NCBI RefSeq assembly: GCF_964355755.1
Contig: NC_092671.1
Span: 3,286,001 to 3,350,000, forward strand
Direction: 5' to 3'
Source of the DNA: Antedon mediterranea
Taxonomy: Eukaryota > Animalia > Echinodermata
DNA: 64,000 bases
The notes beneath the pieces were generated by a model. The model had not been told where the DNA came from. It saw only the letters and a program-made list of their open reading frames with translations, and ran no database searches. The translations under genes were made by a program, and so were the position numbers. This document shows positions 53,401-64,000 of this stretch, piece after piece. Numbering within the stretch: the first letter of the stretch is position 1; each line of letters begins with the position of its first letter.

Positions 53401-56400
53401 CACTTTCAAATTGAACATAAGTGGATAGTGATCAGGATTTCCTGGACAGCAATCACTGACAAATGATAAAATGTTTAAAAGGATCAAGACTTATTAAAGT
53501 ATTCGATTCTTGGTACTGTATTTATAATTTGCACAGTATCATAGGAAAACATGTGATGCCTGTATCATAGGTACTAATCTAACCCTCAACCTAACCTTCC
53601 ATGATACAGTTCCTGTAAATGTGATACACATGTGACACTGTATTACAGAATTTTCCTATGACACCGGCATATAATGCCATAAGATACAGTACATAGAATG
53701 AGGTGAAGTATTAGAAGCAAACTACAATAACTTTGAAGAAACCTCTGGTGATCATGTGATTATTGCTAATTTGCATAAATTGTATAACATAGTAATTTAC
53801 CGTCTTGGTAGAACTTGAATGATCCACTGTTCGAGCAGAAGACATGGTTGGTCAGGGTTCAGTGAGGCTTCAGCTCCGATGGCGACCTCTTCCAAAGAAT
53901 TCCGACAGCAGTCAGGATACTGCAGAACCTCGATTGACATCGGGATGTTGTTTTGGAACATGTAGTTGATATGCGACCTCACCATGCTCATCGTATGGCA
54001 CTGAAACAAAAGGAATTCAAATAAAGTTAAATTTTATTTATTTTTCTCAGAAATGTACTTCAAAACCTTCCCAGTAGAATTGCAGTCATTTTGATATCCC
54101 ATAATATGGATACATGTACTAAAAAAAGTATAGCGGCTAAACATATAAACTTTCTCTCTTAAGTACACATTAGATTAATTGTATACGAGGGAAAAGAAAG
54201 CAAAGTGGGCCTCTTAATTAGTGTACCCGAGGTTATAACACCATTACCATGTCCGGGATAATGTATATAAAACATAGAATTTGAATATTTCCAATACAAT
54301 TTCAATTCAAATGGCAAACAGAAAACAGCAATTCATGCTACTGTAAATTTGAATTTTAAAAAATCCTTCTAAAGCTCTGTCTACACGTCACTATTAAACT
54401 TAATGTGATGTGCCCATATGAACATGATGATGTCATATCACTATCATATTAAAGCATACGTATCACACCTTTTTGTCAAACTAGTTTGATAGTGTAGACA
54501 GAGCTTTAGTAAAATGTACTTAGAACAATGAACTTTTCCAAAAACCAACCTCGTGAACCCAGCTCAGTACGTCCAGGGTAGGAAGAGTTCACTGCATCCT
54601 TTAACACTATCTAGGTAGAGTAGCCTAGCCTACCACTGTCTATTAACATAGAGCACACTCTATGTTATGGAGTAAGACACAATAAAAGCTAGGCTAGTAC
54701 TCCTTACTGGGTAAAGTTCCCAGGATAGAGGTGGTACTAACTGCTGTAGGAAGTGCCTTATCACTAATTACATGCCCCTCCTTCTAATTAGGTGTGACAT
54801 AATTCATATCCTATCAGTGGTGAGATACTGTCTTGTGGGATGTCAAATCAATCTAAAATAGACTAATTTAAGTATATTGTTCGTACAGTATTTACAAAAT
54901 TGCAACAACAATTATCACTGCAAATGTTAAATACAATACCGGTATTATAATATGAAACAAGCCAAATGGTTCAGAGAACTAATATGGCACATAAACTGAC
55001 AGATTTTTAAACTGTAACATTGTACTTAACAAAGACTTCTGAAAGTATTGTTTAAGTATTTTGTTTAGCATTTAATGGCTACTCAAAAAACATAAACATA
55101 TACATGCCCACTGTACTGTAGTGATTGTATTATGATACAACTATTATTAGGGAAGCTTTCCTGTGTGTACTAGTCATCGGGTATGGAATGCCCAAATTCA
55201 TAGTGCGTCACCAAAGCCAAATATCTATCATTGTTAATGTTTGGAGGTCAAGTTGAGCCGCCGCCCAAAGAAACAATGTACTTCCCCAAAATATATGCCT
55301 ACTTTACCTCATGGTGAGTATGAAGATGATGGCTAGTAAAGTCGGACTAACAACTATACTTTAAAGATTGAGTCAATTGTGAAATTATGACAAGACTGGC
55401 GTGCCATGAATTTAAGCGTTCCATAGAAATTCTCAGCCTCCTAATTTTGTTACTGAAGTTTACATTTAGAGGCTTTATTATTTGTAAACAAAATCTTGGA
55501 AATAAAAGATCCTTTTAAACATAAAGATCGTACATTACAACATGAATTTCTGTGACATATAATTACATTTTCTACTGTAGCCAAGTAACATTCATACTAA
55601 GAATAAATTATGTTGATAATAAACTAATACAAGAGGTTTAATTGTGATTGACGAATGTACGAGGGCGGTGTCACCACGATCATCGTAAAGTTTCAGACTT
55701 TTATCAATGTATGGTATTTTAAAAGCAAAGGACAAAATGCCTAGAAAGGCTCTTCAGTCTATGACCTTTGACATTATATGTTGTTTCATGTTGGAACAGT
55801 ACAGTATAGTTCCTAAAGTATAACATACTATATTATAACATTAGAGACATACTGTACCAACCAATGCAATTACTGTATATCTCCTTATGATAAAGTTCCT
55901 TATGGTTAATTACAATTAAATAAACCACTCAACCATGACATATTCAAGTGTCATGACGACCTATTGATCCTAATTCTCTGTATTTATTAATTTCATTTTT
56001 TTCTATTGCAGTATGACGATTGGACAAACATCTAAGCACTCCCAAAATGGACCTATTTATAGGCCCATGCTCTCACTATAATATAACTATTCTAAATAAA
56101 CAATATCTGCAATTTGAATTAATGAGTTTTTATTTTTTGGTTTTAACTGGTCATTTTGTGTATTATTTTGATAATTAGAAGGATTTTGCATACAATTAAT
56201 TTTCATTTTCCAATAAATAAATAAATAATAAATAAAATATTTCATCTATTTATGGCTTGACCTATGTCAACATACTTGAGAGAGTGAAACTGAATGCTAG
56301 AAACATATGAATGTTAAAATAAACATATTCTCAAGGCATATCTTAAGCTAAGGTTCTTCCACAAATTTATTTTCATAGGCAAGTTCATACAGTATGTTTA

Positions 56401-57632
56401 CTCTAATTAAAAGACACTAATTTATTATTAATTATTATAGAATGACTGTACAAAATAGCTTTACATCAGGGAGCTTAAAAGAAAGTATGTTTTTTCCCGC
56501 TCAGTCTAATAACATCATTTTAATGAATTTTCAGTGCCTTGAGAACATTTGTACAAAATCGAACCCTAGCCAAAGGCATGCTTAGTGGTCTAGAGGTATT
56601 AACGTTTTTCTACTTATCTGGAGGTCATGGGTTCGAGTCCCGCCCAAGAATATGTACACATTTATCCACAAATTCGGTATATAATTATCAGAGTAGAGCA
56701 AACAACCTATCTGATCAACAAGAATATTAAGGTATTTTCTACGTTATATGACTATTTGTATTATCTCAAAATACCAACTTCCTAGATATCTGATTGGAAA
56801 AGGAAACAGACAAGAAATAACCTTCAGATTGTGACAAACCAAAAGTTAAATTAAGATAATCACACAAAAATACAAATGCTGACCTCATATAAACATATCA
56901 TTATAAAACTATTCACTCTGTATAACTATAATGCATTATTATTAGGTTAATGCATTATCATGCAATATAATTCTATTAATTTTAACTTTAAATTTAACTT
57001 TGTCTAATTTTCCAAGATCATAAATATGGATATTATTATTCAACTATCAAATATCGATATCGGATTCATAATAATTTTTATATAATTTCCAATTCTATAC
57101 TATTATGCAAGATGACTACATTCATTGAATATATTTTATTACAGTAGTACTAGTAGTAATGATAATGGATTTGCCATTTTGAAATGTCATGTCTGGTTGA
57201 CTTTTTGTATTAAAATAATATTCAATATTGTGTAGGCCTATTAAATACTACACTTGACACAAATATTATTATTATATCTCATCTCAGTCCCCAACCCCAT
57301 ACAAAACAAACTATTTGTCTCAACTATTTATCATTTTTAATCTGGAAGGGTGTGGCCACACATGCTAGTCCCACTACACCTGCACAATCTTATTTGCATA
57401 ACAACGAAGGAAACAGGAAAGTCTACCATTTAGCAATTTTGTCTTCCAATATATGTTTTAAACCTACCTTTGTGTTACCTGGGATACATTGGTGTAGCGG
57501 AATACCGATCACGGGAGGGCAGTGTTCACCTTCTCTTCGTCCTTTGATGGATTCCTCTGGTTTTCTGCCCTCTACAATCAACATTCCGAGGTCGGCAAAT
57601 ATCTCATTTGGATCAGGCTCACCTTCCTCCAT
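47456..57632 (-). CDS. ATOSA: Atossa/FAM214A homolog, at least 11 coding exons, ~897 aa from the ATG at 57632
   Basis: Exons 57640(ATG 57632)-57468, 54000-53801, 53351-53226, 52097-50765, 50321-50196, 49954-49881, 49765-49654, 49456-49298, 48881-48813, 48100-47928, 47612-47456. Motifs LIVEGR..KGR..HCPP, LLLEQWI, LLQAIRSYLHFSQLSSWL, TGLPLNSSP, LLGSFEESVLNGR, GTIQVMLFNPNGTVVKIF, SGRIYLHTDIR. The true start is uncertain. Confidence 0.9.
48478..48765. repeat. Minisatellite, 24-28 bp unit (TAAATAGACAGGCAGTCTGTTGGG)
   Basis: About 10 degenerate tandem units in an ATOSA intron. Confidence 0.9.
52155..52652. mobile_element. Nested MITE-like elements in an ATOSA intron
   Basis: Outer TIR GGCCGTATTCACCAATCACACTT / AAGTGTGATTGGTGAATATGGTC (a relative lies at ~46150-46277). 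Inner ~55 bp inverted repeat at 52203-52256 / 52432-52486. Confidence 0.65.
52968..53151. repeat. Minisatellite, 17-bp unit TTAGGCCCATTGTAATG
   Basis: About 11 tandem units. Confidence 0.92.
54372..54506. mobile_element. MITE family 1 (TIR AAGCTCTGTCTACACTATCAAACT), representative copy
   Basis: Terminal inverted repeats with TA/TWA flanks and internal CACTACCATATTTGGGCA repeats. Other copies at about 9322-9445, 11970-12154, 25661-25779, 34326-34473, 34790-34805 plus 36398-36514, 44088-44285, 46870-47009, 49531-49624, 50607-50743, 61960-62041 and 63229-63397. Confidence 0.85.
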
Positions 57633-59638
57633 ATTTACACCTAAAAAAAAAATAATATTTAGCACATAAAATAAAACATTGTAATACAAAAATGTTTGTT
57701 TGTTCAAAGCTTTAGTAAATTATAAATGTCCATAGGCTGATTTTGTTTATTTAATGAAATTGATATTTGAAATGGGGTTCTTTCTTTTATAAGAATTTGC
57801 TACAGGAATTTTCCTCTTTTATTTGAACATTGTAATTTATTATTATAATTTTTTTAATTTTCAAGTTTCATTGTCAAAATCAATCAAAAAACCACTTCAT
57901 ATTAATTAAATGTGCTATTCAAGTTATTATATTTTGAACTTGATATTACTCGATAATATACTGTATTTTAGGGATCAGGTCTAAATCATTCTACTGCAGT
58001 TTACATTTGTTTTACTGCAGTAATGTATAATTTTAGTATGTTTTAATGAAGAAATTCAGTCACTGCAATAACCTGTATAGTGATTCCCCAGAAAATGTTT
58101 GCTAAATAATTTCATAAACAAAATTGTACAGACAGTACTGAGTAACTGCAGTGAATAATTTTGAGATGGTCCCTTAGTAATTACAGTAGGCCTACAGTGT
58201 AATTACTAGACAATTTAATAATTTACTATTGGTATAGCATGTTGTTGCTTCATACTTATAGCATACTTTATAGTAAAACAAAATCAAACAAAAAACAACA
58301 AAAAACAGTTACCTATTGAACACTAATTTTCCAGAAATTCTCATATTCCGAATTTGTTTTTTAAATTTTAGACCAAAAAATGTTTGTTTAGGAGAACTTC
58401 CAATTTTTGGAGTTTGGTATTTGGAGAGTTGGCTGTAATATATTACTTACTATAATACAAATAGTATTACATTGTAATATTGAATAATTTATAACAATTA
58501 CTGATAGATAGCGCCTACTGTATATAAATTACTGTAGTCTTCTATTGAGTAATTAATTTCTTTCATGATTGTATACCAACCATAGTGGAATAATGGATAC
58601 ATAATTTATCTCTTAATTACAGTATAATTGATTGGTGTCACAATAATATGGTTGATTGTAATGTATACACATGTAAACATACAGTGTGACAACACAAGAC
58701 AAAAATCTAATTTGAATCAGGGCTCAGTGTTTGACTTGCCATGGAAATCCTTGATTGATTTATCAAACAAAGGGTTTAACAAAACCACAAATGAAAGGAT
58801 ATAATATAGGATAACATCAGGCAGGCCTTTTCCACTGGGAAATGTCAGTACGATAAAAATAATACAGCAAATATGTTATTAACATGTTAAGGGTAATTCC
58901 ATTTAATTATTCTACTGCCGCTACCGCAGTTTAACATTTTTTACAACAATTTAAACGTACTGTATATGATTTTAGTTTGTTTTAATGTTTAATTTAGTAT
59001 AATAAAAAAATAATTGCCTTTTCTATAGCGTCTAACCAAAATCTCTAAAGAGCTACGACCACAAGGCTCGAACTAGGTAGAAATTACGTCATTTTATATG
59101 CTGTGTGCGAACGAGATGGGTTTTCAGCAACTGTTTGTCAATAGATATTCTGGATTGATTGTGGAAGAGCATTCCATATAAGGCAGAAAAGAGTTCACAA
59201 ATGACATTACTGCAGTAACGGCAGTAGAATACAGTAATTGTGACATGATTACTAATATCTTATCTTTCATATTCATAAAGCTTACAAAACATAATTTAAT
59301 TAATTTTTCAGTAACCTTTGTAAATTGATTTTCTATGTTATTCTTTTACAGCTAATTGTTTATTTCATTTTACTGTCTGCCTATATGTCTGTGTGTCAGT
59401 CCAAATGATAATCAAATGAAGATCGAAATGTTGAATCATACATTTCTGTCATGCTATTTATTATTATAACATTATATGTTATTATATTACATAGTACTGA
59501 CGTACTTTGTTGTTTTTCTGTTAAAATGTTACCAAGACACTGCATTGTTGATTCCATTGTTATTTCTATATTGATAACTTATTAACCGAAAACTCAATAT
59601 TTGCATACAATTACAATATGACTAATAAAGCATTGCAG

Positions 59639-59845
59639 TTTCCTCTTTCCACTCCATCCAACAATGAGGCCTTGTTACATCAAACTGTCACTGGGAGGAA
59701 AGAAAGGGTAACCATTTAGGAATGTATTTATTTCCTCTTCCCACTCCATCCACAAAATAAGGCCCTTGTTACCTCAAACTGTCACTCGGAGGAAAGAAAG
59801 GGTAACCATTTAGGAATGTATTTATTTGCTCTTCCCACTTCATCC
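59639..59845. repeat. ~92-bp direct duplication (x2+)
   Basis: TTTCCTCTT..CCACTCCATCC..CTTGTTAC.TCAAACTGTCACT.GGAGGAAAGAAAGGGTAACCATTTAGGAATGTATTT occurs twice. Confidence 0.85.
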
Positions 59846-62800
59846 AATCATATTCCATACAAGCAACATGAAAAGGAAGAGAATTCTTTGAACACGTCTA
59901 TCTATAAATTAATTTATTTTTGATATTTGTTTTTCATTTCATACGCATGCATACAAAAACTTTCCTTTAACAGAAATACAGATAAATATAAAATATACTT
60001 TTTGAATAATTCCTTTAATAATAGGAGTTCCACTTTAAAAATATTGAGAGAGTCTATAAATAAGATGCAATTTAACACAGCTCAGCTAGATTAAGTTTCA
60101 TATTTAATATTTCCCCTAGGTAGTAAACCCATACTGAAGTGTACTATAGCAATGGTCATAATTAGTAATGTTGCTCAGAGGGAGGAGAGTATAGATTACT
60201 AATAGTTAAGACTAAATTAGGTAGAAACTGTGTATGGTATTGATATGACATATGCACAGTGTAGTGTGGGCCTATTGGAATGTATCTCAGTCAACATATA
60301 TTATAATTCAAATGTAGGCGTACTGTATGAGAGATTGATAGCATACAGAAGAATATTATTGAAAAGGTCATGTAACTAACATCAGCTTTTTAATTTGCGT
60401 TAAAGGAGTGTACAAACTAGGGCTGACTTTAAAAGTGAAGGGTGCAGATACTATAATACACAAGTACATACTATGGGTGTTATAGAGGTTCCATGCACCT
60501 CCTGTATAGCTCAGTCTTTCATAATACTGTACTAAACACATAGGCCTACTATCTAGGGGTATGTAGAGGTTCCGGGTGTGTAGAGGTTCCGGGTGTGTAG
60601 AGGGTACCTCCTGGATAACTCTGTCATAATTAATACACAAGCACATACAACATGGGTGTGCAGAGGTTCCAGGTACCTCACCCGGACAACCGTAATTCTT
60701 TTTAAGTTTTAATGGATGTCCGTCTGGGTTTTGCAGGGGTACACACCAGGTTTTTTGGATGGTTTCATCCATAAAAACAGGGTTTTATGAGATTTTTTTG
60801 CAAATCATTCTACTTTTGCTCAAAAATTTTAATTGTTATTCACTAGCTTTCAGTTTTTGTTTGACTTTGACAGACAGTATATAAATCATAACAACAAACA
60901 TATTTGAATGCATCATTATCTAATCTTGATTTAAATACAATAAAAATCAAAGTTTAACATTATGCAAGTCATCAACTGTATTACAAATAATATTTGTTTG
61001 TAGGTCTGAATGGTTGATTGAGAAGGGCTGTGAAAATGATAAACACACCCTTATTTTATTTTTCCATGTCCATGGAGATCCAGCCACTGAGGATTTATAA
61101 AACTACTGTATTTAAAGAAATAACAGGCTCAGTTGAAACAAATAGTTTCAGGACTTCATTACTTTCCATACCATATACATTTTATGTATAACAAAACAAG
61201 ATTTTATGACAATGACAGAGAATTTAAAACTGCAGATGTTCATGTTTGCCTATTATAAAAGCAATATGCTCAAGGCATACAGTGTGTAGAACGGTTTGCA
61301 ATTAACATTATTTTAAAGTGTACAGACAGCAGACAGACAATACAGGCATCACATTATTTGGAACTTATAATTTGATAGATATTCATACAATTGTAACTAC
61401 TGAAATTTAGTCTGTACTGTAAAAAAACAAATATTGATAGATAGTAAATTTATAAAAATATAACTAATAACTTGATTGTATTAATGAAACAAATAATTTA
61501 AGAAATTTACATAAATTTGAAAAAAAAAACCATTTTAAATGACCAAAAATTACAACAAATTCAGATAAAATTGTAACAAACTCCCTCCAATAATTTTCTT
61601 TTTTTTGTTTGCCCAATTTCATACATACTTTATCTGTCTAGCCCACGTCTTCAAATATCACGCCACCAATGACTATCTAATAACCTCTTCCTTATCTTCA
61701 TACAATGGACGCAGATTTTGGTCAGGATGCATTGGCGACTCACTCGCTTTCACAGCACAAACTACCTGAGAAAAAAAAAATAGATATTTATATCATTCTG
61801 AATTAATACACAATCTTGCTTAGTGTATTAAATATATGATTATTTAATTTCATGTTTTATCATGGATGGATAAGGGTACAGTGTGTATGGTATGTTGGAT
61901 TAGGGAGGGCTGTGAAAATGATGATGTACACCACATTAAATAGCATGTGGTACATATATGAATATAATCATCCACAATGTCCATATATGGGCACATCAAA
62001 TTATGTTTGTCGCATAAGGTTTGATAGTGTAGACAGAGGTTTAGTGACTGTTAGGCCTCTTTTAAAATGTTAGTACATGAATATCAAATGAGAAAAAATA
62101 CCATTTGACTTGTAAGAACAACTAGATTTGAACTCATTATGACAGTTATTTAACGCAAACACATTCCTGGACGATACTCAGGTATAATATGTGATTCTCG
62201 CCACGCAATATGAACGTACAGTACGTTAAATGAGAGTAGAAAGTTAATGTATGCCATCTTATGACATAAGGTATGTTTATGCCAGAAAGATACTGTATAA
62301 CATTGAAGAAAGGAAAAAAAGATCTTTGATAACCACAGTAGGTTATCTGTTTTATGTGGATAACCAATAATAATATTTAATGTTCAATCATGAAATATAA
62401 AAATTAATTTAAAAAATACTACAGCTAAACATACAGTATTTAAATTCAAGAAGTGCTGTTTTTTAGGTCAAAATAATCTTACTATTTGGATAGATTGAGT
62501 GAACTGCAGATCCAATTAATGACAAACAAACAAAATGAATTTTTAATTCATATTCAACACAGAGATTTGCCTTAGATTTAGTTGCTCCAGATACATACCA
62601 ATGTACCATAAGTCTTTTACTCCATAAATTAAAATAGATTTTGATCCTTTTGTTCACAAGTTTCAATAAATTTGATAAACCACAAACCTCGCTTGCTATA
62701 ATTCCCAAGTTCATATGGCCATGACTCATAAATCTCATCATAAAATAAGGCTTACTCATAAATGAAGCATCTATTGTTTTACAACTTTCTTTTTTTCTTG

Positions 62801-64000
62801 TAAAAAAAATGTAATTAGGAATAGAAGCTAAACTTTATAAATACACTACACTACAGCTTGTAAGTAAGAGAAAAAATTTAATAAAATGTAATAAAAATAT
62901 GATTGCAAAAATATAACACAGAAAACAAAAGGAAAATGTCAAAATTATTATACTGCAGTTACATCGATATAACATGCTTTTAGTTTAATGTAAAGTCACT
63001 GCAATAATTTGTATTAAAAACTAATTTCATTTACAAACAAAGAGTAAACACATTTTAGCTACTGCAGTAATTGCAGTAGAATAATGTTGACATGGTCCCT
63101 AACATAATCTAATTTAAACATGGAGGGGAAATTAAATTAATTATATAATTTAAATTAACCTTCTGTCAAAATGGTATCCCTAACCACCTAAACAAACAAT
63201 CCACAATCAGATCAACCCCAAAACACTAAAGCTCTGTCTACACTAACAAACTTTATATGTGATAACAAAGGTGATGTACAGCACCCATAAAAATGGACAT
63301 GATGTGTCACATCATTACCATATTTGGGCATATCACTGCCACATTTGGGCACATCACACTTGTTTTGCCCAACTAGTTTGATAGTGTAGACAGAGCTTTT
63401 CATTGTTTAAATTTTAAAATTAAATGTGTATTGTCTAAACACACAATCTAATGTACTGTACCACTCACAACTGGCTTCCCAGGTCCCTACCAACTTTTAT
63501 GAGATTGATTGCATCTCATAACAAACATGTTATTGAATGATATAGGGTTCAGTAAGTAAATATTCATAAACTAATAATTGTTATGATAAATACATGATTA
63601 TTATAAGATTTCAGGTTCCAATATTATGATCAAAATAATGATTTAATAATGTTTATAAAATAATTATGAGATTCTGCTTGATGGTTCATGTTAAAGATGA
63701 AGTTGGATTATTTATCATTTTAGCCTTATCATATCAGGTTCTCTCTTTAAAATCATAAAAATCAAATTAATTTTCGATGCACGCAAGTAGAATTGAGAAC
63801 TACAGTATCTGTAGCTCTATCGTAAACCAAATTCACAAAAGACAACTCATATGAAATCTGGCGATAACTATCCAGAGGGTACAATATTGTCCTAAAATTT
63901 AAATTTGACAAAGAGTTTTTGCCACTACAGTATTTACGATATTAGCCTATTATTCACTCTTGCACATTTTTTAATATAACATATACAATATAGCATATAC

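Noticed and set aside
56575-56648. tRNA gene
   Set aside because: A B-box (GGTTCGAGTCC) is present but there is no convincing cloverleaf; more likely a SINE head.
60368-60772. 134-aa minus-strand ORF
   Set aside because: Built from degenerate local repeats in a long intron or upstream region; no domain recognized.

Overview
AT-rich, intron-rich animal genomic DNA. It is an invertebrate; an echinoderm-like deuterostome is my impression and cannot be proven from this window. I reconstructed seven spliced genes by hand with consistent exon phases: (1) an intact 9-exon aromatase (CYP19)-like P450 whose introns fall at the same positions as in human CYP19A1; (2,3) two tandem 3-exon NadR/AAA_28-type P-loop nucleoside/nucleotide-kinase-like genes, each with consensus NF-kB sites just upstream; (4) a 21-exon KIF28/KLP-6 kinesin-3 with a U12-type AT-AC first intron and a C-terminal CAAX box; (5) a tandem-DED-like/NACHT/LRR NLR; (6) TFCP2/LSF; (7) ATOSA/FAM214A. 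Non-coding content includes several MITE families, a tandem pair of Helentron-type (HINE/DINE-1-like) elements, a 5S-derived SINE, tRNA-derived SINE fragments, a minimal hammerhead ribozyme in CYP19 intron 1, and minisatellites. Top leads: an apparently non-chordate CYP19 linked to ATOSA (as on human 15q21), and a candidate NF-kB-controlled kinase-like immune cassette. No database searches were run; all calls rest on reading the sequence and on recalled family motifs.
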